From a virus, in the IMG/VR virus record IMGVR_UViG_3300029787_000001, positions 1-64,000 of that record: a DNA stretch of 64,000 nucleotides; one strand, written 5' to 3'. Below are positions 36,991 to 45,922 of this stretch, in pieces. Both the position numbers and the translations under genes were made by a program. The notes under the pieces are model-generated. The model was not told the origin of the DNA and made no database searches. It worked only from the letters and a program-made list of their open reading frames with translations. Each line of letters starts with the position of its first letter. Position 1 is the first letter of the stretch.

Positions 36991-37019
36991 CCGCTGGCAC
37001 ACCGGTTAAAGTGTGCCAC
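36991..37019 (+). repeat. Hairpin repeat copy 2
   Basis: Identical 29-mer, 5 nt before tRNA-Gln. Confidence 0.95.
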
Positions 37020-37024
37020 TTTAT

Positions 37025-37100
37025 TGGGACGTGGCGCAATTGGTAGCGCATCGGTTTTTGGCACCGAGGGTTGTAGGTTCGAGTCCTACCGTCCCAGCCA
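37025..37100 (+). tRNA. tRNA-Gln(TTG)
   Basis: U1-A72, G73, loop TTTTGGC, CCA. Confidence 0.9.
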
Positions 37101-37266
37101 CTTAAGAGGAAATAACATGAGCACAGTAGAGTTATGTTTTGGAATTTTGATTTCTGCAACGGTCATTATTGCCGTGATTCAGTACAAACTTTCAGAGTCT
37201 CCCGATCGTCGTAAATAAAAACACTTGACACCCGCACCTCTCCGGGTTACAATAGAGAGGACACAA

Positions 37267-37352
37267 GCCAGCGTGGTGGAATGGTATACACAGCAGACTC
37301 AAAATCTGCCGGTCTTATGACCTTGCGAGTTCGAGTCTCGCCGCTGGTACCA
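37267..37352 (+). tRNA. tRNA-Leu(CAA)
   Basis: GCAGA-CTCAAAA-TCTGC, long variable arm, CCA. Confidence 0.94.
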
Positions 37353-37375
37353 CTTTTCAAACAGGATAAAGCAAA

Positions 37376-37768
37376 ATGGGCATTTTTATCGTAACAGCAA
37401 CTCACACGGACGACGATTATAAGCGTCCCCACGTAAGCAGTGAAACTGCGATGGCCACTTCTCACGAAGACGCTGTTGTGCGTGCAGTAGAGTTCTATCT
37501 TGAAAGGCTCGATGGTGGCTATTCTTTCGATTACCACAATCCATCAGGGTTCAATAAGGTAATCGAGCAGCACCGAAACAGCCCACAGACTCTATTCTCA
37601 GCACTTTACGATTACTTTGAGAGCAACCCAGAAGGAATGTTTACTGGCGAGTTTGTCCCAGAAACCCTAAATGTGACCATTAGCGAAAACGAACACGTCC
37701 CGCTTGATACAAAGCCAATCCTATCTATGGTTGACGAGGTTTCTCGTTACATCAGAGAGGAAATGTAA
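37376..37768 (+). CDS. Hypothetical protein
   Basis: 130 aa ORF between tRNAs. Confidence 0.7.
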   Translation: MGIFIVTATHTDDDYKRPHVSSETAMATSHEDAVVRAVEFYLERLDGGYSFDYHNPSGFNKVIEQHRNSPQTLFSALYDYFESNPEGMFTGEFVPETLNVTISENEHVPLDTKPILSMVDEVSRYIREEM

Positions 37769-37782
37769 CAATAGAATATTTT

Positions 37783-37858
37783 GGGTCTATAGCTCAATTG
37801 GCAGAGCATCGGACTTTTAATCCGCAGGTTCTGGGTTCGATTCCCAGTGGACCCACCA
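37783..37858 (+). tRNA. tRNA-Lys(TTT)
   Basis: Loop CTTTTAA, CCA. Confidence 0.94.
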
Positions 37859-37877
37859 TTTAAAATAAGGAGAAGAG

Positions 37878-38402
37878 ATGTTTAAGAAAGTTTTGGCATG
37901 CATATTGTGCCTGGGGTTGTCAACAGCCGCATACGCTCAGGCGCCCGTAGCCGAGGATGCAGACGCATCTAAGATGGACTGGAATACTCGCAAGGGCATC
38001 CGGTTTGGATACAACTATGCAAACAAGGCAGATGAGTCAGACAAGCTTCAGAGCCCACACATGTTTGTGATTGGCTTTGAGATGCAGCAGACAATGGACG
38101 GCGATTCGTGGCTCGACTTGCTTTTTATTCAGAACTTGACCATCAGTGGTTTGGACCAAAGTGTTGTTCTTCCATCTGGAAACGCGCTTGTCGGATTTGA
38201 AATCAAAGATGCACTACAGTTGGCAGTGGGCGCTAACGCCACTATCGTTGATCCTTCTGATGAGGACCACTATGTACATCTTGTTACTGCGGTCGGGTGG
38301 ACGCAGGATGCGGGAATCTTCAGCGTCCCAGTTCATCTTATCTTTGTCCCAGATGTCAATGACTATTATAGGGTTGCAGTTACTACCGGGATTAACTGGT
38401 AG
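37878..38402 (+). CDS. Secreted/outer-membrane beta-rich protein
   Basis: Signal peptide ending AYA, alternating beta strands, aromatic C-terminal W. Confidence 0.7.
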   Translation: MFKKVLACILCLGLSTAAYAQAPVAEDADASKMDWNTRKGIRFGYNYANKADESDKLQSPHMFVIGFEMQQTMDGDSWLDLLFIQNLTISGLDQSVVLPSGNALVGFEIKDALQLAVGANATIVDPSDEDHYVHLVTAVGWTQDAGIFSVPVHLIFVPDVNDYYRVAVTTGINW

Positions 38403-38422
38403 TCATTGTAAATAACCGCAGG

Positions 38423-38446
38423 GAGGCACGGGTTTACAGGTGCCTC
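38423..38446 (+). repeat. Variant of the GGCAC..GTGCC hairpin
   Basis: GAGGCAC-GGGTTTACAG-GTGCCTC, 7 nt before tRNA-Glu. Confidence 0.65.
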
Positions 38447-38453
38447 AACTTTT

Positions 38454-38528
38454 GCTCCCATAGTTTAGCGGTTAGAATGCCGGCTTTTCACGCCGGAGGT
38501 CGGGGTTCGATTCCCCGTGGGAGTACCA
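38454..38528 (+). tRNA. tRNA-Glu(TTC)
   Basis: CCGGC-TTTTCAC-GCCGG, CCA. Confidence 0.92.
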
Positions 38529-38533
38529 TTTTT

Positions 38534-38609
<76 letters not shown>

Positions 38610-38670
38610 CTTTCCACTTGACACCGTCAGCCCCTCCGGTTACAATAGAGGGGAGGCACAGAACACTTAT

Positions 38671-38745
38671 CGAGAACAACGCGCGGGGTGTGCGGCCAGT
38701 TTTGGGTACTGGAAGTGCCGGGTTCAACTCCCGGGTTCTCGACCA
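38671..38745 (+). tRNA. Atypical tRNA-Pro(TGG)
   Basis: C1-G72, A73, CCA, CCAGT-TTTGGGT-ACTGG, T-arm intact; non-canonical positions 8/14 and D-loop. Confidence 0.75.
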
Positions 38746-38774
38746 TTTAACCTTTATTGAGATTGAGATAACAA

Positions 38775-38996
38775 ATGAGCAAGATTAGTATCCCACTCAC
38801 ATCACTGCTCCTGGCAGGATGCCCAGTAGCAATGGCTTTCGATCAGCCCACACTACCAGAATGCGTAATCGATCGGTGTGAAGAAAAAGTTTGCACAGTC
38901 GAGACACCAGAGGGCACAGTCGAGATTGCCAAGAAGAGGCACTATCAAGAGGGCACGCCAGTTGTGTGTCCGCTTTGGCTGATTGACCCCCGGTGA
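38775..38996 (+). CDS. Small Cys-rich exported/lipoprotein-like protein
   Basis: LLLAGC, five more Cys. Confidence 0.6.
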   Translation: MSKISIPLTSLLLAGCPVAMAFDQPTLPECVIDRCEEKVCTVETPEGTVEIAKKRHYQEGTPVVCPLWLIDPR

Positions 38997-39058
38997 CATT
39001 CCGTGACTTGACAGGCGCCCTCCAACGAGCTACATTACAAGAGTAACAGGGAGACAGA

Positions 39059-39265
39059 ATGTTTAAGGTCGGCGATGTCGTAAGAGGCAACACAGTTGAC
39101 ACCAGTCTATCAACTGCGTCCCAGAGAGCCTCCACTGGAATCATCACCAAGATCGATGAATGTGGTGCGATTTCGCTGTGTTGGCTTTTTGGTAAAGTCA
39201 AGTGCAAGGGCAAAGAGTTTGGCGGCTTTAGGAAACAAGAACTTGAACTGGTGAGCGAAGCATGA
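39059..39265 (+). CDS. Small MKVGD-family protein
   Basis: MFKVGDVVRG. Confidence 0.7.
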   Translation: MFKVGDVVRGNTVDTSLSTASQRASTGIITKIDECGAISLCWLFGKVKCKGKEFGGFRKQELELVSEA

Positions 39266-39444
39266 AAGTCGGTGACCTTGTGAAGTTTACTGCCGGGTTC
39301 GCTGGCGCTGAGCGCCGGCAACGCGGCATTGTCGTTTGTTTTGATAATGACAATGACCCAGTGGTTTTGTGGCTTGGTTCAGGGTGGAACGGCTACCGTG
39401 AGGCAAATTTTCGCAATCACATTGCAGTGCTTTCTGAGGCGTAG
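39262..39444 (+). CDS. Small MKVGD-family protein
   Basis: MKVGDLVKF. Confidence 0.7.
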   Translation: MKVGDLVKFTAGFAGAERRQRGIVVCFDNDNDPVVLWLGSGWNGYREANFRNHIAVLSEA

Positions 39445-39580
39445 CGAACTACTTATTGCCTCAAAGTAGGAGAGTAAAATGGACAGAGACCTCATGGCTG
39501 ATATCGGCGTAGTAGCCACAGTAATCAGCATGTTTTTCATTGTAACAATCTTTATGTGCTGATTGAAAACTATTTAGGTT

Positions 39581-40405
39581 ATGTGGCGCTCTGTTGTTTT
39601 AACCTTACTACTACAATCACAACCAAGTTGGCTGGAAATAGGCGACGCTCAATCGCGCTGTAGCCTCCAAGGTTGTCTTGTTGAGGCAACAACAACAAAG
39701 CCAATCCCACAAACAATCGAGAACATAGTAAAAGAACAAACATCGGTTTTCTATGAAGAAGACCGATTTTTTCTACATTATGATCTCCGCAAAAGGATTA
39801 GAGATTTCTTACAGGAACACCCAAACCAAACAAGATTCATCATTACAGGCTGGACTGATGGCTGCGGAGAACACGATTACAACAAAGAGCTATCCAGAAA
39901 GAGAGCAGATGAAGTTGCACGTTACATAATGCAACTTAGAAGGGGTGCTCTTGTAGAGTTGCGCTGGGTTGGAGAAGCAACTGGAAAACACACGATTAGA
40001 GCCCGTAGAGTGGATGTCGCTGTGCTGAAAAAAGCACAACAAACAATCACACCCCCCAAGATTATTTATGATTATTATTTGATCGATGCAAGTGGCTCTA
40101 TGTCCGGTCCTAAATGGAATAAGTGGACTAACGCTATCGCTTATTGGCGAAAGCCGACCTCCAAAGTTTATGTTTCTTCTTCTGGCTACATTCCTGCTTG
40201 GAGCATTCTACAAAACATTGGACCTTATGGTTCTACCGAGATTTGGCTGTCCTTGTGGAGCGTTCTTGATGAAATGAGCGCTGGGCAGACTTTGGTTGTG
40301 ATCAGCGACTTTAACTCTGAAGTTCCGCTTTCTGGACGAGAGCGTGAAAGGATCAGCCAGAAGGCACGCACCAGAGGGGTGAGGATCGACTACGTGAGAC
40401 TGTGA
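39581..40405 (+). CDS. Exported OmpA-like peptidoglycan-binding domain fused to vWA-like domain
   Basis: ITGWTD..G...YN..LS..RA..V and LIDASGSMS. Confidence 0.8.
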   Translation: MWRSVVLTLLLQSQPSWLEIGDAQSRCSLQGCLVEATTTKPIPQTIENIVKEQTSVFYEEDRFFLHYDLRKRIRDFLQEHPNQTRFIITGWTDGCGEHDYNKELSRKRADEVARYIMQLRRGALVELRWVGEATGKHTIRARRVDVAVLKKAQQTITPPKIIYDYYLIDASGSMSGPKWNKWTNAIAYWRKPTSKVYVSSSGYIPAWSILQNIGPYGSTEIWLSLWSVLDEMSAGQTLVVISDFNSEVPLSGRERERISQKARTRGVRIDYVRL

Positions 40406-40470
40406 CAAAGATCGTAGCGATTAGCCCTTGACAGACTCGACCCGGTCGGTTACATTATGAGGGAGGAGCA

Positions 40471-40665
40471 GTGGTGGAGCAGATTTCGTTTGTTATCCCC
40501 TTTGGCGACACCAGCGACCCCGAACAGATCGCCGCCCGCATCGCCAAAGAGCTACAGTTTCTCTCTTGGTTTGTGAAACAAGAAGAAAAGAATAATGACG
40601 ACGATGGCGTCGCAGCAACAACATTTACTTTGTCCGGCTGGACTACAAAATGGCAGGTAGAATGA
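40471..40665 (+). CDS. Small early protein
   Basis: Own promoter, GGAGG RBS, GTG start. Confidence 0.55.
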   Translation: MVEQISFVIPFGDTSDPEQIAARIAKELQFLSWFVKQEEKNNDDDGVAATTFTLSGWTTKWQVE

Positions 40666-40925
40666 AAGTAGCAGAACTAAAGGTCGGAGAACTTTACAAG
40701 ATTCGCTCAGATCGAGAGACACATGTCGCTATTCGGCGTGGATTTCTTGATGTTCATTTGGGCAGTGGGCTTTTCCAAACCGAAGGCGCAAAGATTCGCC
40801 CAATGGACCATCTTATCTATCTTGGACAAGATCGCCACAACACACGCTGGGTCAACTATCGTGGCAAGAAGCTGCGCGCCTATCCCAACATCTGGCAACA
40901 CATTACGCTACTGGAAGAGGGATGA
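40662..40925 (+). CDS. Small MKVGD-family protein
   Basis: MKVAELKVGELY. Confidence 0.65.
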   Translation: MKVAELKVGELYKIRSDRETHVAIRRGFLDVHLGSGLFQTEGAKIRPMDHLIYLGQDRHNTRWVNYRGKKLRAYPNIWQHITLLEEG

Positions 40926-41098
40926 AGACGGGCGACTTGGTAAAAGATGAGCACTATGGTGTTGGGATTGTTATCGAAGACTGGAAAGAAGACACTACCC
41001 ACTTAAACTGGCGAATCTACTTTATGCAAGATAGTACGTTGCTGCATGTGTGCGAAACTACAAAGTGTTTTATCGAGGTGCTCAGTGAAAGTAGGTGA
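40922..41098 (+). CDS. Small MKVGD-family protein
   Basis: MKTGDLVKD...VLSESR; 58 aa read by eye. Confidence 0.65.
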   Translation: MKTGDLVKDEHYGVGIVIEDWKEDTTHLNWRIYFMQDSTLLHVCETTKCFIEVLSESR

Positions 41099-41318
41099 TT
41101 TTATCCAGTCCTCAGCGTTTGTTGATCAGAACGGAATCATTCTGGAAACTGATGTTATCTCAAACCACCCGGATAATGAAACTTGGTTTCTTGTCCATTG
41201 GTTTACGACGATGTCCGGTCTCTCAATGAAAAAGGGTCGTCAAGAATGGCTGAGATCTTGGGAAATCGAACTGCGTGACTTGACAGATGCCTCCCAGCGA
41301 GCTACATTCCAAGAGTAA
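41085..41318 (+). CDS. Small MKVGD-family protein
   Basis: GTG start MKVGDFIQ. Confidence 0.65.
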   Translation: MKVGDFIQSSAFVDQNGIILETDVISNHPDNETWFLVHWFTTMSGLSMKKGRQEWLRSWEIELRDLTDASQRATFQE

Positions 41319-41329
41319 GAGGAGACAGA

Positions 41330-41575
41330 ATGGCTAACGGCTATGCCCTTTTTAAGAGCCTTCATCCTGTCGGCGGTCTCTATCGCTACAAGGCGCCGTA
41401 TGCTCCACAGGGCTTAAACCCTTGGAGTGACGGCAAGGTCTATCTCCTAACAAAGTGGGAAAGACCAGAGGGCATAGACAAAAAGTCCCCTCTTCTCAAC
41501 GCTTTCTTCCTTGTTAATGGAACGGAGCATTGTGTTGACATTTCTTTCTTCAAGTATCTTAAGGCAGTAGAATGA
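41330..41575 (+). CDS. Small early protein
   Basis: Own promoter (41280), AGGAG RBS. Confidence 0.7.
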   Translation: MANGYALFKSLHPVGGLYRYKAPYAPQGLNPWSDGKVYLLTKWERPEGIDKKSPLLNAFFLVNGTEHCVDISFFKYLKAVE

Positions 41576-41757
41576 AAGTCGGTGATCTGGTAAAGTATGC
41601 TTCAAATGATTCACCACTGGGTCTCTTTAGACGGAGCGGCGGCATTGTCACTGCCCAAAATAACAATCTTTTTGGTACTATTGTTTACTGGTTCAGAGAT
41701 AAACAGCGTACAGAAGAACAGGAAAAATACTTGGTGGTGATCAGTGAAAGTAGGTGA
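41572..41757 (+). CDS. Small MKVGD-family protein
   Basis: MKVGDLVKY...VISESR. Confidence 0.7.
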   Translation: MKVGDLVKYASNDSPLGLFRRSGGIVTAQNNNLFGTIVYWFRDKQRTEEQEKYLVVISESR

Positions 41758-41926
41758 TTTGGTAAAGCGGAAGACCCCTCCACCTCCAATGGGCTCCATC
41801 TGGAAAGGAATCATTATTGGAATGGGAGAAGAAAGCAACTTTGAGTGGATGGTTTACGACTTCTACGAGTCTTTTATTTGGTACGCCGATGCCGACGAGT
41901 TGGAGGTGATCAGTGAATGTGGGTGA
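41744..41926 (+). CDS. Small MKVGD-family protein
   Basis: MKVGDLVKR...VISECG. Confidence 0.7.
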   Translation: MKVGDLVKRKTPPPPMGSIWKGIIIGMGEESNFEWMVYDFYESFIWYADADELEVISECG

Positions 41927-42143
41927 TTTGGTAATGTGGAGGCATCCAGGCGATCGCAGCAAGCCAGAGTTTGGAATGATTATTGCGTTGCGTCCTTATC
42001 TGAAGCCACGCTTGGAGATCAAAGTTGTTGATCTTTGTGGAGAGCGCCAAGGCGGCACAGACTGGTGGGATGCGGGAGACTGGGAGGTAATCTCAGAAAT
42101 AGACTTGACAGATGACGCTGAACCGGCTACATTAAAAGAATAA
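41913..42143 (+). CDS. Small MKVGD-family protein
   Basis: MNVGDLVMW. Confidence 0.7.
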   Translation: MNVGDLVMWRHPGDRSKPEFGMIIALRPYLKPRLEIKVVDLCGERQGGTDWWDAGDWEVISEIDLTDDAEPATLKE

Positions 42144-42152
42144 GGAGACACG

Positions 42153-42836
42153 ATGGACTTGACCGATGAACAGATCGTCACGCGCTTGGGTGCTGTCAAG
42201 AGCCTGCCGACTTGCACTCAGTGGGCTACTGGTTTCGCTGAATCGATCATCGAACAGAGCAGCAAGGGTCGGATGCTCTCCGACCGACAGAAGGTGATCT
42301 GCTATAAGATCCTGAAGGAAAACAACGAAGAAGCACAGCAGTCGCTTGCTAACTGGGAGACCGAGTACAAGACAAAGCACGAGAAACAAGCTAAGCAGAT
42401 TGCAAACTATTACAGCGCCCAGGCTGCTGGCTACTTTGGTGATGTGGTCAAGGTTGTCTTGGCTGACGAAGTTCCCCCACGCGCCAAGTACCTTAAAATG
42501 CGTAACAACAAGTACGCAAAGAAGGTTCTTTCTGAGCTTGAGCGCAAGCCGCGCTTTAGCACAGATGATCACATCGTCCCAAATAGCAAGTTTCTTGCTG
42601 GCTATTCCCATAGCATGTCTATGATGGAGACTCGTGAAGGAAGGGCTCCAGCCAGCGCAGTTCGAGCGGACTTCAAGAGGCGCGGGGGAATCATTCTTTT
42701 TGTGGACGACAAGATTAAGTCTGCTGCCAAAGGTTCTAAGCGTTACCTTGTGTTGCCTTTTGGTTCTGCTGAGACTTACTGGTGTGAGGAGAGGTACCTC
42801 AAAATCAAGCCAAAGGCAAAGAAGGTGAAAAAGTGA
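42153..42836 (+). CDS. Hypothetical early protein
   Basis: Own promoter, AAGGAG RBS, 227 aa. Confidence 0.8.
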   Translation: MDLTDEQIVTRLGAVKSLPTCTQWATGFAESIIEQSSKGRMLSDRQKVICYKILKENNEEAQQSLANWETEYKTKHEKQAKQIANYYSAQAAGYFGDVVKVVLADEVPPRAKYLKMRNNKYAKKVLSELERKPRFSTDDHIVPNSKFLAGYSHSMSMMETREGRAPASAVRADFKRRGGIILFVDDKIKSAAKGSKRYLVLPFGSAETYWCEERYLKIKPKAKKVKK

Positions 42837-43018
42837 GAGTTTTGCCTGTTCCGCCTGTCGTGTTTGTTCCAAAAAAGACGGATAAGGTCCAAAATGACCC
42901 TGAACGTCGCAAGATCAAGAAGAAAAAGGCTTGACGGCTGACGATCGGTAGGTTATGTTATTGGAAAGGGAGCGAGCCGCGTTCCTTGCGAGAACACAAA
43001 AACAAAAAGAGGTGAATC

Positions 43019-43195
43019 TTGTGCTGGACCGCTATTGTTGTTAATGAAGAAGGAGGCTTCAGCCATTCTTTCTCTTTTATTGGCTCTCACGACAAGAGAG
43101 TAGCTTTTGAAGACGCACAGAGTCAGACCCCTTTATTGGTGGTCGCGATCGTCGCTGGCGATCATCCCGTCTACAACCCTGTTCTCGACTCGTGA
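43019..43195 (+). CDS. Small protein ending AIVAGDHPVYNPVLDS
   Basis: GAGGTG RBS, TTG start, 58 aa read by eye. Confidence 0.55.
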   Translation: MCWTAIVVNEEGGFSHSFSFIGSHDKRVAFEDAQSQTPLLVVAIVAGDHPVYNPVLDS

Positions 43196-43256
43196 CATTT
43201 GGTGACTTGATCTTCTGACGCAACCGGTTACATTATAGAAGAACCAAGGAGAGCAC

Positions 43257-44096
43257 ATGCGGTGCGGATATTGTTATCAGGAGGGACACAACAAGCGGAC
43301 GTGTCCCGCCCTTACCAAACGACTGAAGGAGCGCCACGATCACGACATCGAGGCGGGTCATACAAATACTTGGGCGATTCAACGATACAAAGATCGGATC
43401 GCCCCCAAGGGCAAGAAGGTCAGCAGCCAGCAGTGTGGCTATTGTGGAGAATATGGCCATACTCGACGCAAGTGCGAAATGCTCCGAAAGGACAAGGAGT
43501 GGTTTGTTGTTCATCACAATGCTCACCTGCGCGTAGCACATGATTACATTGTGCAAAGCCCCGTTGGTATTGGGTCACTTTTCGGGTGGAAGAAGCAAGA
43601 ATACAACTACAATACTGGCGAGTATGATACCAGCCACGAAATGTTGGTGCTTACTGGCTTCTCGGTGGCTCCAGTTATCAAGCAGGATGGTTTCAAGATT
43701 CTTGCTACTTTGCAGCACCCGAACAAAGGTTGGAAGCAGACGATCGATGTCCGTCAATATGTCCGCAACCCCGAATACGCGACAAGTTGGCGTTCTGAAC
43801 CGACCCTCCTGTCTCCTTCTCGTGGCGTTGTTCCCTCAGACTGGATTGGGGGCCAAAGTATCACACTTGATGCTGCAAGCAAACTTGACTACTTCAAGCG
43901 CATTGGCAGAAAGAACGACGATCGTCGTGACTGGGCTTTCAACAACATTGATCGCACCCGCGAGATCATCAAAAAGTATCCTCCTTCTGCTGATGACCGA
44001 TACGACCATCATGGTCGCGCCAAGGCAGAGTTGGCAGGATACACGCCCGAACACAATCGTGTCAAGTTGTTCGAGGACTTCAAAAGTGGGGAGTAA
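43257..44096 (+). CDS. Double CCHC zinc-knuckle protein, paralog 1
   Basis: CGYCYQEGHNKRTC and CGYCGEYGHTRRKC. Confidence 0.85.
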   Translation: MRCGYCYQEGHNKRTCPALTKRLKERHDHDIEAGHTNTWAIQRYKDRIAPKGKKVSSQQCGYCGEYGHTRRKCEMLRKDKEWFVVHHNAHLRVAHDYIVQSPVGIGSLFGWKKQEYNYNTGEYDTSHEMLVLTGFSVAPVIKQDGFKILATLQHPNKGWKQTIDVRQYVRNPEYATSWRSEPTLLSPSRGVVPSDWIGGQSITLDAASKLDYFKRIGRKNDDRRDWAFNNIDRTREIIKKYPPSADDRYDHHGRAKAELAGYTPEHNRVKLFEDFKSGE

Positions 44097-44187
44097 GATC
44101 CGCACGCTGGCTTTCGCCCCCCTGTATGTAGCAGGGTGGGCGATCGTCGCTGGCGATCATCCCGTCTACAACCCAGACATCTCGTGA
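44086..44187 (+). CDS. Chimeric 33-aa ORF (possible duplication scar)
   Basis: N-half resembles 45069 ORF; C-half has 35 nt identical to the 43019 ORF end. Confidence 0.45.
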   Translation: MGSKIRTLAFAPLYVAGWAIVAGDHPVYNPDIS

Positions 44188-44260
44188 CAAAGATCGTAGC
44201 CGATCAGCCTTGACAGATTGAATGTGAGCGGTTACATTATCTGAGTAATGAGGAGGAAGC

Positions 44261-45076
44261 ATGGCACGCTGTAGTTACTGTTACCAACATGGGCACAACA
44301 AGCGCACCTGTCCGAAGTTGACCGCCAAGCTGAAGGAGCGTGCGGACGCAGCAATCGCTGCTGGCGACCCTGACGCATGGGTGGTCGAGAAGTACAAAGA
44401 GCGTATCGCGCCAAAGAAGAAGAAGGGGCAGAAGCTCAGCAACATGGTTTGTGGCTATTGCTTTGACGTAGGGCACACTCGCCGCAAGTGTGATGCCATG
44501 GAGAGAGATAAGGTCATTTACGAAAAGCACCATAACATGGTCTTGCGGGTCGTCCGCGATTACATCTCTTCGTGTCCGATTGGCATCGGATCTCTCTTCA
44601 GCCAGAGTCGCGATGTTTGGACAGACACGGGATATGAGAGAAAAGAACGAAAGCTGGTAGTGGTGGGCTTTGACATTAGCAGTGATCTAATGATTTTCAA
44701 CCCGCGCCCTTGGCTGGAAATGATTGACTTTGTCACAGGTGAGAAAGTTCCCAAGAGCCTGCGAGCCTTTACTTCTGGACGTGGCGACACTTCCTACTAC
44801 AACCCAGTAAGATTGATTTCCGCAGAAGCGAGTCCGATCCCTGATGATTGGGTTGAAAAGAAGATGGTAAGAATCGAAATGCTTGCAAAGCACAGGTACT
44901 TTAAACGCTCTGGAAACAAGTCAGATGATTGCCGTGAGTGGGCTTTTAACACCATAGAGCGGTACGAGAAGTGTACTCCCGATAGCCCCACCTATGCTGA
45001 AGCCCAGCGCAACCTCGCGGCGTGGTCTGAGAAGTCTATCCGTGAAAACATTATCAAGATTCATGCCCATGCGTAG
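44261..45076 (+). CDS. Double CCHC zinc-knuckle protein, paralog 2
   Basis: CSYCYQHGHNKRTC and CGYCFDVGHTRRKC. Confidence 0.85.
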   Translation: MARCSYCYQHGHNKRTCPKLTAKLKERADAAIAAGDPDAWVVEKYKERIAPKKKKGQKLSNMVCGYCFDVGHTRRKCDAMERDKVIYEKHHNMVLRVVRDYISSCPIGIGSLFSQSRDVWTDTGYERKERKLVVVGFDISSDLMIFNPRPWLEMIDFVTGEKVPKSLRAFTSGRGDTSYYNPVRLISAEASPIPDDWVEKKMVRIEMLAKHRYFKRSGNKSDDCREWAFNTIERYEKCTPDSPTYAEAQRNLAAWSEKSIRENIIKIHAHA

Positions 45077-45278
45077 CAAGATCCGCTCTGCCTTGATCGC
45101 CCCCCTGTTTATCGCAGGGTGGGCACTCGTCGCGGGTGTCGTCGTGGTCTGCTCTTTCGCCAAGTGCGACAAGTCGAGACAAAAAAAGAGTGGCAAAGAT
45201 CCGCCAGACGGTTACATTACAAGAGCAACAGGGAGAGAGCATGGGAGCGAAGTTTACACTTGTCCTCGACACGGATGA
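45069..45278 (+). CDS. Small single-TM protein
   Basis: MRSKIRSALIAPLFIAGWALVAGVVVV. Confidence 0.45.
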   Translation: MRSKIRSALIAPLFIAGWALVAGVVVVCSFAKCDKSRQKKSGKDPPDGYITRATGREHGSEVYTCPRHG

Positions 45279-45504
45279 CCCACAGGGTCTTCGCGATGCG
45301 CTGGACATCGCCTTACTGCTCAACAAGAACCACGGCACCGGCTACGAGTCGAGGATGCCGAAGGCAAAGATTGGAAAGATCGCCCTGATCAAGCTGGTTC
45401 GCACCGTCGCGAAGCGGGTTGAAGAGGGAAAGCAGAACGCCTCCCTCCACTCTTCCAAGAACTTTGTGGATGAAAGGTGGGATCATTTGGTTCACAACTC
45501 TTAG
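45241..45504 (+). CDS. Protein with bL12 C-terminal-domain-like segment
   Basis: KIALIKLVR.....SLHSSKNFVD resembles KI.VIK.VR....GL.EAK.LV. Confidence 0.5.
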   Translation: MGAKFTLVLDTDDPQGLRDALDIALLLNKNHGTGYESRMPKAKIGKIALIKLVRTVAKRVEEGKQNASLHSSKNFVDERWDHLVHNS

Positions 45505-45512
45505 GAGAAAGA

Positions 45513-45722
45513 ATGGCTCGCATCACTATTGGATCACTTGTCCGTCACCGAGTTTTCGGAGAACTTGGAATCGTCATCGAGCACACGATGTACGATGGCG
45601 ACTGGGGCGGTTTCCGCGTCAAGTTCAACAGACCCGTGAACCGTGGCGCTACCAAGAATCTGAAGATGCTCTTCGATCGTGCCGATCGTTGGGAACTCGT
45701 CTCAGGTTCCGACAACCAGTAA
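45513..45722 (+). CDS. Small SH3/KOW-like protein
   Basis: ITIGSLVRHRVFGELGIV. Confidence 0.7.
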   Translation: MARITIGSLVRHRVFGELGIVIEHTMYDGDWGGFRVKFNRPVNRGATKNLKMLFDRADRWELVSGSDNQ

Positions 45723-45922
45723 CAAAGATCGTAGCAGAAAGTGCTTGACAGATCGAGCCCGTCAGGTTACATTACAAGGGTGAGGGAGACGATAGTCGTT
45801 TCCTCCGAGAACTGAAAAAGATAAATAAAAAAACTGCTTGACAAACATCGGCAGAGTAGTTACATTATAGGGGTGAGAGGGATAGACCTTCTCACCAAAT
45901 AACAAGAGAAAGAGAGTTCAGC

